Assembly (NCBI RefSeq): GCF_006345805.1
Contig: NC_042997.1
Span: forward strand, 101,494,001 to 101,558,000
Origin: Octopus sinensis
Taxonomy: Eukaryota
Reading direction: 5' to 3'
Length of the DNA stretch: 64,000 nt
Position numbers and translations under genes: made by a program. Positions 41,171 through 54,060 of the stretch are shown one piece after another (position 1 is the first letter of the stretch; every line of letters starts with the position of its first letter). The notes beneath the pieces were generated by a model that was not told the DNA's origin, did no database searches, and saw only the letters and a program-made list of their open reading frames with translations.

Positions 41171-41419
41171 TGCGCCCTTTTTTTAAAGCCTAGCCAGGCT
41201 CATGGGCCCGGTTTCTCGGTTTCTATGGCGTATGTGTTCCCCAGCTGGACGGGACGCCAGTCCATTGCAGCGTTATTCATTTTTGCCAGCTGAGTGGACT
41301 GGAGCAACGGGAAATGAAGTGTTTTGCTCAAGAACACAACGCGTCACCCGGTCCAGGAATCGAAACCACAATCTTACGATCATGTTGCTGACACCCTAAC
41401 CACTAAGCCACGCGCCTCC
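41171..41419 (-). mobile_element. tRNA-derived SINE family D with CORE/V-like central motifs
   Basis: Minus strand: ggaggcgcgtggcttagtggtt, gtttcgattcc, gtgttcttgagcaaaacactt, gcaatggactggcgtcccgtccag. A relative lies at ~60652-60780. Confidence 0.8.
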
Positions 41420-41449
41420 ACTCTGTAAGGTATTACCCGTGTAAAATGG

Positions 41450-42500
41450 TGCTCATCTTTCCTGAGTACATTGTATCTAATATTAGGCTTAAAATGTTCT
41501 TGGTATTGTGCATTATATATCTGGAGGCATTGATTGGTATCTTTATAAGACTTAGAGACAAGGATTGTTAGCATAATTGATCTCTTCAATAACTCTCACT
41601 GTTGTTAGATATTTGATTTTTATTTTCTTACTATTTTCATAGTCTTTCACTGCTATCATTAAGCCTCCTTACTGGGAGTTTCCTGGCAATCTTGAAACTA
41701 GTCCCCATCTTGCATTTTCTTGCTTCATTTAAAACCAATGAATATCTACTTCAGGGTGATTATATTTTGTGTATTGTCAGCATCTTTCTAGTTTTCTTGT
41801 CAATTCCTTTTATGCCAGATCTGATCAATAAAACCAATAATATATAACATCATTGGAGTGGTCAAACTGTTGACAAATTTAGTTTTGTCGGGAGAAAACG
41901 AGTTTTTTTTATGCATCAATATTCTTTTTAAAAATTTGGCTGTTATTTGTTTGTGATGAATCTATGCTTTCCTAAACATACACCCACTTGTTTATATGCT
42001 TTTGCTTTCTACTTTCCTTTGATAGCTTTTGTTTTAAACACATTATTTGTCTAATCCAAATACTGTTAATATCTTCCTAGATATCTCAATTTTATTCTGT
42101 AGGCTATTAGATTCTTCATTTTAATGCATATGTGAATGTAATCTATCTTTGTCTTTTCTTAATTCCTTTTCTTTGCTATATTTCTACTATATCAGTGATG
42201 TCAAAGTTTAACCGAATAGTAAAAGGAAAATGGAATCTCCTTGAAAAAGCAGTTTTTAACTCAGACATCACACATTCTGATATTATTATTATTGGACCTG
42301 ACCAGGTTAATGTCTAAATTTAAATCACCAATAATATTTCTAAAAGGTAGTATCTGTCACTTTGTTATTATGTGCAGAAAGCAAATATGAGAAAGATTAT
42401 CAAATACTATCTGTAGTTGATCTTATTTTGTAGGCAGGTCCTTTTCTTTCATACCCATTTAGAAGAGTCCGTTGATATAAACAGCCAAGTATAATCCTTT
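41450..42500 (-). mobile_element. Decayed R4/Dong-like LINE fragment
   Basis: Remnant of the HHPKAD..RLYLPRKEGG region. Heavily mutated. Confidence 0.4.
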
Positions 42501-42599
42501 GATATATACTTTCTGCTCAAAAGGAAAATGTTATTTTCTGAATCTTCAATTACACTTTTTAGAACTTATTATTATCGTGTGTGAGCCAAATCCATTTTA

Positions 42600-42960
42600 A
42601 GGTTCACCCTTCCACCCACATTTGATAAGACAGGGCAGGCAGTGTTCCTCTGTCAAGAAGCTATGGCAAAAGAGGTTGTGTGGTGGATGAGGCTGAAAGG
42701 ATTAAAGAAAGACATCTTCCTCTTCAGTCAACTCCTTATTGGCTTTTCAAGTTCCACTTGGGAAGGAAAGTGAAGGTTGGAGAAGAAAGTGCTACCTCTC
42801 AGGGAACTGGTGAAAAGATGGGTGATTGTAGTAAAAATGGTTAAAGTGAGTGGCCCTATTCTAAGCATGCAGCTGTTGATTGGAGAGCTACATTTGGGAG
42901 AGGACTCCTGCTTTTGGTGATCAGGATAATCCTTGATCTGTGGAGTTCCTTGGTTGACCC
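42600..42960 (+). mobile_element. L1/Tx1-like LINE 3' fragment
   Basis: AMAKEVVWWMRLKGLKK.IFLFSQ..FKFHL.RKVKV; second copy at 16290-16560. Confidence 0.55.
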
Positions 42961-43304
42961 TGCATCATTCATGTTATCACTTACTTTGTATACTATGTAT
43001 GCTTTTGTCACATTTCAGTTTTTTTTTTTTCCATTTCTTTCTCCCCATCCTTTATGTAAATCCTCACAAATTGTTGCTTGTCTTTGTGATGTTCCCCTCA
43101 TCTATGCCTCTGTCGTTAATAAAAGAAATTATTATTATTATTATTATTCATGAAAGTCAATTTTGTCTTTCAAAAAATTAAATACCAGTAAAATACTAGA
43201 GCTAATGTAATCAACTAATCCCACCCACCCCTAGAATTGCTAGATTTATGCCAAAACTTGTGTTCTGGAACAATTATTATTAATATTATTACCAATTAGT
43301 TAAA

Positions 43305-44098
43305 GGTGATAAGTTGGCAGAATTGTTAGCATGCCAGACAAAATGTTTAGCAGTCTTTCATATTTTGGGGGTCAATAAAATAAGTGCCAGTTAATGACTG
43401 GAGTCAATGTAATTAACTAGTCCCCCCCAAAAAAAAATTTCAGTCTTTGTACTTTTAGTACTTAATAGAAAAGATTATTACTAATTAGTTGATTGTCAGA
43501 ATGTTGGAAACAGTATTTGTTCTGGCTCCTTATATTCTGTGTTCAAATCTTACCAAGGTCAGCTTTGCCTTTAATCCCTCCAGAATTGATAAAATAAAGG
43601 TACCAGTCAAGTGTTGGGCTTAATATAATCAACTTGGTATCTCCCCTATCAACATTACTATCCTTGTGCTAAATTAGAAGTGTTTAATTTTGGTTAGTGG
43701 ATTGGCAGAAACAATAGTGTCAAAAAAATACCTTGTAGCATCCCTCCCAATGGCTACATTCTGAGTTCAAATCCACTTAGGTCACTTTGCTTTTCATCCT
43801 TTCAAGTTCAATAAAATAATATATTAGTCAAGTATTTGAATTGACAGTCTCAACTAACTCTACTTCATTGAAATTTTTTGGCCTTGTGTCTAAATTACAG
43901 CTCACAGTTAGTGCATTGGACAAAGTGCTTAGCAGTATTTCTTCTAGTTGTTTTACTTGGCTCAAACTCTGCAAAGATCAACTTTGCCTTTCATCCTTTT
44001 AAGGTCAATAAAATACAGTACCTATCAAGTACTGGGATTAATGTTGTCCATATACTCCCTCTCTCGAAAACTGCTGGCCTTGTGCCTACTGTAGAATT
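43305..44098 (+). repeat. Head-to-tail array of four decayed SINE-B units
   Basis: Units at ~43305-43480, 43488-43682, 43691-43893 and 43895-44098. Confidence 0.8.
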
Positions 44099-44149
44099 TT
44101 TTTTTATTATAACTGACATCTATTGACTACAGGAATGATTCTAATCTAT

Positions 44150-45540
44150 TGCTTTAAGCATACAAGAGACAAATCTCCTCTTGGATAAGAAAACAATCTA
44201 CCACAGGTGATTTCTCTTGTGAGCGGAATTGAAAATGTATTTTGAACAAGTTTGTCCAATTTCATAATTGTTGCTGCTTGTGGCATTGAAATAAGCAATC
44301 CTGCAACATCTCCCTGCAGCCAAATGGACTTAGTTTATGATAGATAATGTGGTTAATCTTTTCTTCTGCATCACTACATATTCAGCACTTATTGTATTCT
44401 GATTCATTATATGCTTTAGGTGGTTTCTGGTGTACAGGCTTTGGTCTTTTGCCAGAATCAAGAAACCTTTGGTCTCTGCTTTAAATCCTGTATTTCTCAG
44501 TCAGTATTGGAATTTTTCTGAATTTATTTTCTTACCATTATTTTATCATGGCATTCTGTAGTCCCAAATTTTTGTTCTCTTTTATAATTTTTTTCTCTTT
44601 GTTTCCCTATCTTCATGGTTATCTGTTATTGCAGCCTCTGTTTTAGTATTTGTTGGCTTCCTTGAAGAGAAAATATTTTTTTGTTTTGTTCATGTTCCAT
44701 AGCGATTTGTATTAATTTTTTGTGATTTTATACTAGATATTTTTGCAGTCATACAGTAGATAATTTGTTATAGTTTCCTAGTTACATAACCCCCATTCTA
44801 CCTTGTATTCATGGTAAATATAGTCTTTGAATGCCAGCTTTCAAGTGGTATTTTCTAAATGCAGTCATTAGTTCCCTTGTTTTCCTGAGTAGTATAGCTA
44901 GGTCATTTGCTGTCCAATTGAAAATATTGTAACTATAAATGGCACAGCTAGAGTATTGATGCCTTTTACTTTATTTTTTGCAGTTATCTCTGTGTTTTAA
45001 GTATTAATCTAATTGTCTGTAATGTTGTTTCCCTACGAAGGTGGCGAGCTAGCAGAAACATTAGCACGCTGGACGAAATGCTTAGTGGTATTTCATCTGT
45101 TTTTACATTCTGAGTTCAAATTCCACTGAGGTCAACTTTGCCTTTCATCCTTTGGGGGTTGATAAATTAAGTACCAGTTGCATATTGGGGTCGATCTAAT
45201 TGACTGGGCCCCCCTCCCCAAAAATTTCAGGCTTTGTGCCTAAAGTAGAAAAGAATATTGTTTCCTTATCTTTTCTTTCATTTGTATATATTATCCCTAG
45301 CTCATTGATTCCTAAGTGTTTGTATGTCTGAGTTTAGTCTAGTTTTCTTACCTAGTATTATATTAGTGTTCTGAATTTTCCTCTCTTCCAGATCACTTTG
45401 CCACATTTTCTTAAGCTGAATCTCATTAATTTCTAAGATAAATCCTTGCACTATCTGCTGGTATATTTGACCTTGTTTATATCATTTGTAGGACACAGCT
45501 TGAGATCATCCATATATAAAAGATGGTTAATAGTTCTTTG
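44150..45540 (-). mobile_element. R4/Dong-clade LINE RT fragment with a SINE-B insertion
   Basis: INHLLYMDDLKL, RLILKTEITAKNKVKGINTLAVP and FKAETKGFLILAKDQSL appear in the expected order on the minus strand. Confidence 0.75.
45038..45259 (+). mobile_element. Young SINE-B with a ~15-bp TSD
   Basis: Flanked by aatgttgtttcccta and aatattgtttcctta. Confidence 0.9.
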
Positions 45541-46598
45541 TAGGTTAGTTGGTGGCCAAGTCAATAGAGTGGTAGATAAAATGCTTATGATCATATAATC
45601 CCTTTACATTGTAGGTCCAAACTTTATAAAAGTTTGTCATTCATCTGAATTGGCAAAATATTGGTAATATACCACAATCACTCTATTAGTTTTACATCTT
45701 CCTTTGTTGATATATGAATGCAAGAAATTATTGCACAGTAGATAGGCAGAAGAGCAGGAAATAGATGGTTGACTCAGTAGAGAACATATTTTTGAGCCCA
45801 ATCAAATATTTACCATAAATATATTGAAAGCCGCTTCAATTGACTATTCCTCTTTTCTATGAATTTATGATCATGTACCAAGTAGGAAATTATCAAATTT
45901 AAGCAATTATTATTGTTGTTAAACCATGCCCCAATTATGTTGGTTGTAGTATAGTAGCACAGATGGAAAAATAAAACAAAGGATGTGCTGTGAGCAAAAC
46001 GACACTTTACATTACTTCAGACTGAAAACTTTGCAAAATATAGAGTTAAAGATTTTGGGTCAAAATACTTACTGAAATGTTATGTGATTGCTATTGTTGT
46101 CATTGTCATTGTTAGTGCTGCCATCATCCTCAAGCATCATGTTGGCTCTCATTGAACAGACCTGTGATTGAAGCTATTTTAGCCATGGTCATTCCATCTT
46201 TTCCCTGTGTATAGGAAACCCAGAACCACATTTATCCAATTTTAAAGACAGTATCAACTGCTATTTCTAGCATGTCGGAGGACTGTATAGGAGCTTACAA
46301 AACTTTTGGATCTATATATACATATAAACTTCTGGACAGTGGCATCCAGGACATATGATATATTGTATAGAGAAAATACTAGAGTTCTAGTCAATTTGGA
46401 TCAGTCAAAAATGTTTTGCAAGTGAGATCATTAATATATGACAACTGAGCTTTGAGCAATCACTTTGAGGTTTGCTTTCTGATGCTAGATGGCAACTTTT
46501 TACCATAACTACATCTGTTCAATTGTCCAAAACAGCCACTAGTTAAAATCCTCACACATCATATGCTCTGTATGGCAGCAATATTCCCTCTTTTGCAG

Positions 46599-46669
46599 TC
46601 TTGTACAAATTAAAGCCAAACTTTTTGGAGAAATTTCTCTTGGAAAAATTCCTCTTGAGCTGAAACAGG
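46599..46669 (+). CDS. Candidate internal exon (LVQIKAKLFGEISLGKIPLELKQ), host gene unidentified
   Basis: Acceptor attccctcttttgcag| and donor cagg|gtgagt; one open frame (phase 2 to 1) in unique sequence. Confidence 0.4.
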
Positions 46670-47923
46670 GTGAGTACATCATGTGCTTAAGAGATAGCAT
46701 GTCATTTGAGATACTGTATCTGCAAAAATCAAAGTGGTACGTGCTAAAGTAACAAAATACAAGATGTCAGAAACAACTTGTCTTTTCTTGGCATGTATCT
46801 TGGCACATGAAGAAGTAATTTTATGCCATAGTTGTTTAACAATGAATGCAATATTGAGTAGCAAATGTGCCAAGAAGCTATATACAAAATGCCAAGTAGA
46901 AATAATCATTGTGTGCTACAACCTGATAGCTGTGCCTTTAGCTAGGGAATATCTCACCAAATTAGAGCACTTGCTCATTTAGCTTTCTTTCAAAAGGACA
47001 GGTGTCATTGATCAGGAATCCGTTTGCTGTCAGTACTTATTCTTTGTATACCAATGTTGCTGATGCTCTGAGCCTACTGTATCAGCAAATATTCTCTGTG
47101 GTAGTCTATTGTGGGGTGGAAAAAAAGAGGCTCTCCTAGACTGAGGCTGGGTGTTTGGTTGATGTTCAGCATTTGACATTTGAATTGTCTATTGACAGCA
47201 TATTCAGTTCTCTATCGACCATACATTGTAGTTGGTGGGACAAATGGTTAGAAGATAAAAAAATAAAACTATTATGTTTTGTGGCACCATTAATAATACA
47301 TGGGATACATTAGTAGAAATTTGATGTTGTATGGAAGATGATTTCAGTCACACACACACTCTGTGCTGAGTATATTGCATTGGATGTTGCTGTAAACTTG
47401 AGAATGAGTGCAAATGATCAGAGAAAGTATTTGCTGATGTATATAAGGAAAGTGTTACAAACTAGTTCTTGGGGGTATTCAGTGTCAACATGGGGGATGA
47501 ATGTCCTGACAATAAAGTAGATTAGACTACAGAAAGATTTAGATCACAACATAAGGGTACTTAAAAGCAACCATTTGGTTACACTATGCCAACATGGAAA
47601 ATGATTATGATGCAATAAAAATGGCAACATGAATCATGATGGTGGGAATGGTGATAGGGGCAGTGGTGGCCATTGTCATTTTTGTCATCTGTGACGGAGA
47701 AAGAAATGAAAATGTTGATAGAAATCATATTGTCTGTTATATTGATCAATAATTATTTAACTGTACACTTTCAATCAAATTTATTTTGACAGTTATATTT
47801 TGATCTTATTCTTTAGCTGGTGATCTACAGACAGATCATGAAATATGGCTTTTTTTCATAGGAACTAAGCCACAGTATTGTTCTGTCTGTTGGTTTTACT
47901 GTTTTCTACTAACTCCATCTTAG

Positions 47924-47979
47924 GGGAAAAACGTCAAATTCTTATTTGTTCTAAATACATAAATAAACTGTACAATTAG
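47924..47979 (+). other. Candidate exon whose only open frame ends in TAG at the donor
   Basis: tactaactccatcttag| acceptor and ag|gtaagt donor; encodes (G)EKRQILICSKYINKLYN*. Confidence 0.25.
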
Positions 47980-48208
47980 GTAAGTCAAAAGACCATTGTT
48001 TGTCCACTCCTTACTCTAATTTCCTTTCAGTTTTAAAAGAAATTCTTCTTTATTAAAATGATTACACTAAATAGACACTTCCATGTGACAAATGGTGATA
48101 CATTTCATGCCCACTCCAATTTACTTTATTAAATTGTTACACAATACACTAAATCACATAACCCATAAAGTAACCCACTATCTGGAAGCTTTTAAGTAGT
48201 TGCTCAAC

Positions 48209-48317
48209 CTGTTGAGGCAACAGTAAGCCAATGTTCATCAATGCTCTACTTAATAATAAGAACAAGTTGTGTCTAGAATGTTGGATGAACTGCTGTTTTA
48301 TGAGATCTAAAAGCCAT
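48209..48317 (-). CDS. Candidate exon (WLLDLIKQQFIQHSRHNLFLLLSRALMNIGLLLPQQ)
   Basis: Acceptor ttttgtactgaatatacag| and weak donor cag|gttgag. Read through, the frame stays open to TAG at 48149-48151. Confidence 0.25.
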
Positions 48318-48880
48318 CTGTATATTCAGTACAAAAGTACATGCATTATTTTTGGAAAAATATTTTCTTTCTTTTTTTTCTAAAATGCACATCAACAGAA
48401 ATAGCTCAGATTTCCCTATGCTCAACATATCAAAACTTGGTGTATAATATACATTACTTAAGAAGTACTTTGAAATATATAAAGACTTCATCATCATATA
48501 TAATGTTTATGTGACTCTTATCCCAGAGATAAAACACCCTTACATATTTTCACATATCTTAAAACTATCTCAAATATCAGGTTGTACATAAAGCAGATGT
48601 CTTATCACATACATTAAAAAAATACATAGAGTACATAGACATAATACACATCATACAGAAGATTTTAGAGTATGATAAGCTTCTAGAAAAGCAAATTTTA
48701 AAATAAAATGTAGCAAGAGAAATCATATTATCACCTTTACTATGTGTGTTCAGATTTTATCTTCTTTTACATTAGACTATATGCCTCAGTTTCACCCTGA
48801 CAACAAACAGCTCATAAAATATCATCTTCACTTCGCGTCAAAATCCTTTACAAATAATAAGTGTTTACTAATTAATTCTC

Positions 48881-48950
<70 letters not shown>

Positions 48951-50910
48951 ACATACACCTTTGCAAAGAAGGTACAATAACTTTATCTCAAACATCTGTT
49001 TTGCTTTGCAAATTAACTGCAGATACCTTTTGTGTAACAGCATCTTATTGTCTCAATTCAACTTGCATAAAAATTAAATACAAAGCCATCAAGTGCAAGC
49101 AAGTATAACCTAGTGGTGTGTACCATGCTTCTACCAGTTGTTTTAAATGGCTATACAATCATGAGCAGACATAGATACCCTCTTGGCCCGCCCATCCTTG
49201 ACTCAACAAAGCATTGCAGATGTGACAACTGGAAGGAGAAAGTGCTGCACCAGCAAACAGCCTGTGTTCATTTTTAGTTGAGTAGGCAGGAGCAGCATGA
49301 AAGGACATATTGCACCACCTGCCTTCAATTTCATGACACAAACAATAATAGTAAACAATTCACAACAAATCAAAACCAAATTCATTGGCTTCAAGCAAGG
49401 GGATGTCAGAGTGCATTATTTCAATAGAATAATTACAGATGCTTCTAAGAAACATCATAAAAGGTAACAAACAATACTTTATTGATACAATGTGCAATGT
49501 ACTAGGACAAAAATTATGGTTAGACTTATAGTATGTGATCCTATGCCGACAGATGGAAAGGTTAATGTATAGGACTAAATGCTATTGTGTAAAACTTGAA
49601 ATTGCAGTTTATTTTTTTAAATACAAAACAGGCCAGAAGAGATAGAAACTTCTGCAGAAATAAATAGTAAAACTCCAACAAACAGCAAACAATAAGATTA
49701 TGTCGCTACTGTACTAGGCATTCAGTTGACTGCATTTCCTGCCTACTATTGTGAACTATTATTGAATAACCCTGTGTGATAGACAAATGTAAAAATGCAA
49801 TGCTTTCTCTTTGTTATTCAAAGGAGAACAATAACAACAAGCACTACTTTTTACCCAAACTCTGAAAATATTTGATATGTCATCATCATTTTTACGTACA
49901 CTCTCCATGCTGGCATGGCTTGGATGGTTCAACATCTCATGACCATTTCATGCTCCTACATCTGATTTGGTATGGTTTCTACTGCTGGATGCCCTTCCTA
50001 ATGCCAACCACTTTACAGTGTGCACTGACTTTTTGTTTTGTTTTTCATAGCACCAATACTAATGAGGCCACCTTGCATTAAAGGGGTCCTACCTCTATAA
50101 GTGAAGGAGAATAGAAGGATATAGTGTAATGATTTTAGGCAAGGTGATGAGAGAGGGTAAAGTATGATGAGAGGAACTGCTTTGTAGTTGTAACAGGATG
50201 ATAGTGGAAAGAAGTAATAAAGTAGACTCTGTTGTGGGAGGGAGGGAATAGGGAAGCCACAAGGGGAAATGAAGGGATTCGTGTGAGTGGTTATTAAGAA
50301 AGGGAGGGACAAAGTGATAAGGGTGATACATACTTATTTACACATGCAAGTATAAACACACTCTCATACATGTGCATACAGGCATGCACATACACACACA
50401 TAAATATGTATATATACAAATATACAGATATATGGTTATGTAGTTTAAAAGCTTGCTTCACAACCACGTGCTATTCAGTACTGTTTCCTATATTCTCAAG
50501 TTGGTCAATGCTTTGTTACTGGAATTTGGCAGATGGAATTGTACAAAAACCCATTATATGGAGATATGTGTGTGTATGTTTATGATTTAACTTTACAAAT
50601 TCTGAAATTTAGTAATTTGACCAAATCTGTACAATAAAACAGTGCTGGACTTGAAACTTGTAGTGGGGTTGATGTAATTGATTGAACTGTTCTATAGCAT
50701 TACTATGAGTCAGCTAATAACCAAGATCAATTGATCTTCTTAATGTACATATTTCTCTCCCTTTCTGTCACTATTTCCTGCCTCCCATTACCATGCAATA
50801 ACCTTCTCACATGTCCCCATTGCATTCATTAACGTCCTCTGCAACCCCAATCACCCTGCTGAGTGCAATGGTGCAGGGATCCCAAGAGAGCAACCTTACT
50901 ATTTATACAG

Positions 50911-50944
50911 AGGACAACCAAACCATTTCTGACATTTGAACAGG
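50911..50944 (+). CDS. Candidate small exon (RTTKPFLTFEQ)
   Basis: cttactatttatacag| ... cagg|gtatgc; single open frame. Confidence 0.2.
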
Positions 50945-51123
50945 GTATGCCTGGACAGTGGAACAGGATTTCTATTACAGTGTACAATTTTTAAAACAAG
51001 AATATTCTTCCAATTTTTCATTGTGACATTTTTCTAAAGTTCATAAAATAGTGTATGTGTCTGTATGTATTATATATAAACAGGAAAATACAGCTCAAAA
51101 TATGTATATATATATATATATAT

Positions 51124-51371
51124 GTGCCGGTGACACGTAAAAGCACCATCCGTTCGTGGCCATTGTGCCAGCTCTGTCTGGCACCTGTGCAGGTGGCACG
51201 TAAAAAACACCCACTACACTCGCGGAGTGGTTGGCGTTAGGAAGGGCATCCAGCCGTAGAAACACTGCCAAATCTGACTGGGCCTGATGAAGCCTTCCAG
51301 CTTCACAGACCCCAGTTAGACCGTCCAACCCATGCTAGCATGGAAAACGGACGCTAAATGATGATGATGAT
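51124..51371 (+). mobile_element. RTE 3' UTR fragment inserted at (TA)n
   Basis: Near-identical to 60997-61250. Confidence 0.9.
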
Positions 51372-51396
51372 GTATGTATGTGTGTGTGTGTATATA

Positions 51397-52317
51397 CAGT
51401 GATCCTTCATTTATCGCGGTAGATTGGTTCCGAGACCAGCCGCGATAACTGAATTTCTGCTAAGTAGGGACACCATACATACAGTATTTATTTAACATGT
51501 ATTTGGACTTTTAAAGCCCTCCCTGTACTGTTAACAAGCTACCCATTACAGTAGTCTATTAATAACAAGCACAACTGTTAAGCAATAACACTTGAGATTT
51601 TAAAAGTTGAAGTAAAATTTGGATGATGATGGGGATGAATTTGCTGTGCAGTAAAAATGATGATGATGAAGCAATAGAAATGAAATGAGAAGGGCGATGC
51701 CCTTTCCTGTGACACCTCTTCTACTTCTTCTGAAGGTGCGACCGTAGTAGTAGCAGCAGGAACTGGCTCTTTTTTGCGAGGCTGCAAAAACATTGTGATA
51801 GGAAGTTGCTGCTGCTGCTTCTTTTCCGTTCAAAGAGCATCTTGTAGGGATTCATGACTTCGTCGACCTTGTTACAAAATTGCACAGAACGAACCATATC
51901 ATCATCCCATTCTTTAGCCAGGTAGTAGAGCTTGGCCAGCTGTTCCAAAGTTAAGCCAGTTTGGTTGACAACTTCTGTTTCTTGCTGCATTTCTTCTTCT
52001 TTGGATTTAATGAAAAATTTTAGGTATTCATATATATCCCCTCTCCTTCTCTCTCTCTCTTTCGGAGAGGCACTGAGCAGCTATACGCACACATACACAT
52101 GGCAGTAACTTCCGCCTGCCGAATTCAATCACAAAGCTTCGGTCGACCCGGGGCTATAGTGGAAGACACCTACCCAAAGTGCCTCGCAGTTGGACTGAAC
52201 CCGAAACCATGTAGCTAGGAAGCAAGCTCCCTAACCACACAACCATGTATATATATTAAAAATCTGCGAAGTCATGAATCCACAATAGTTGAACCGTGAA
52301 GTAGCAAGGGATCACTG
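51397..52317 (-). mobile_element. Tigger/pogo-type internally deleted DNA transposon
   Basis: TIRs cagtgatcc and ggatcactg with TA flanks. Tigger-like C-terminal remnant GLTLEQLAKL..EWDDDMVRSVQF at 51721-51990. SINE-A inserted at ~52085-52245. Confidence 0.8.
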
Positions 52318-52329
52318 TATATATATATA

Positions 52330-52750
52330 TAATTGATTAGTGAAACAGTAGATGGATTTGGTATTAATCTTTATTCCATATGATGATTGTTTCAACCCGT
52401 TGCATCAATTTTACAGTCTGGGTCACATCAGGAGCATGCATACATAAAGTAGTGTCCCACTAAAAATATTCCCTAAGAAGTGGGCCAAAACCAACATGAC
52501 TGCCTGAATTCTGTATTCTTAGCAGGAGTGTTGAAATGACTAATAGCAAATCCATCTCCTGCTTCATTAATTGATTATACTCAAATAATAATTGAGATAA
52601 TAATTATTTTCTCAACTCACACTGCAGAACTCCTGAAGTAGATCCAACAAAAATATACCCCAACTGCAGATGACACCAAGTAGCCCAAACCATGCTAGTG
52701 CTTTACTCAACACATCAACACACTAACTGACAAATAACCATTAGTCCAAA
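52330..52750 (-). mobile_element. PLE pLTR-like remnant with a decayed hammerhead
   Basis: Minus strand CTGATGT-gaccc...gggtt-GAAAC-AATC-ATC at ~52382-52431. Same family as 32460-32750. Confidence 0.6.
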
Positions 52751-53129
52751 AAAGTACATATATGTAATATATTTAATATATATTATTATTTTAATTAATA
52801 TTTATCAAAAACGACAGTGACTCAGTGGCTGAGAGTTCTGTGTATCAGCACTTCAAGGGCTGAGAAATATGTGCATTTGCATTTATCAAACTTCAATAGG
52901 TTTGATAAGTGCTGACATACAAAACTCTCAGCCATGAAGTTTCTGTTGCTTCTGCTAAATTGTAGTAAAATATATGTGTGGACAACGACAACTGCATAAA
53001 GAAGGGCCGATGTCTAACTGTAGAGGGAACCTGTCGAAGCTGTTGATCCAGGAAGACATGGAACAAAGGGGTGAAGCACAATCTTTGGATGTTGAGTTTC
53101 ATGGAGGCTATGATAAGTGACAAGACTGT

Positions 53130-53460
53130 TGGCAATTTACTGTGCTTGAGAAGACATGTCAAACCAAATGAAATTGCAGTTCTGGCTAGTGCCAGTACAC
53201 ATAAAAGGTACCTGTGCCTGTACATGTAAAAGACACCCATACAGGTACACATGAAAAGCACCTGTGCTTGTGGCACGTAAAAGGCACCCACTACACTCTT
53301 GGAGTGGTTGGTGTTAGGAAGGGCATCAAGTCATAGAAACAGAGCCAAATCAGACTGGAGCCTGGTACAGCTCACCAACTTACTAGTCTCAGTCAAACTA
53401 TTTAATTCCTGCTAATATGGAAAACAGACACTAAATGATGATGATGATCATCATCATCAT
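53130..53460 (+). mobile_element. Older RTE 3' UTR fragment
   Basis: ggcacgtaaaaggcacccactacac... followed by a (GAT)n tail. Confidence 0.8.
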
Positions 53461-53869
53461 GTTTTGAATTCTGTTTTTCCTGTTTGCATTGTTAAATCTA
53501 TAATATGTATATATAAATATATATATATGTATGTGTACAAATAGTGGATAACTTTTCTTTCTTGCAGGTTATAGTAAAAGCACAGCATTTTTATTAAAGA
53601 TATTTCCTAATATAAAATAAATCTCTGTGTTTGGTTTGGAGCAATAATGCTCCCATTTGTACTGGTCTGATGCTCTGAGGTTTTCAGAATTTCCTTTTCA
53701 AATTAAATTATGTTAATGATGTGTTCTTCTCAATTCTAAACTAAGCTGCAAAAGGTTATAGAAAAATTTATAACTACTTAGTCCATCAACACCGGCTTTA
53801 GAATTATGTAACTGTAAATCCTGATAGATAATAATCATGACATACGTATCTGTGCATTTAACTAATGCA

Positions 53870-53923
<54 letters not shown>

Positions 53924-54060
53924 TATATATATATATATATACATATTTTATGTATATATTGTGTGTGCACATATATATAGATATATACACACACACACAT
54001 GTATAATACATTATGTAATATATGCATATATGTGTTTGTGTTTAATATGTATATTATATA

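Larger units (their letters stand above)
20500..41400. promoter_or_regulatory. CpG-retaining (putatively unmethylated) promoter/intergenic domain
   Basis: Hand counts of CG per 600 bp: ~17 (21541-22140) and ~15 (39721-40320), versus 1 (14521-15120) and 2 (46561-47160). Confidence 0.6.
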
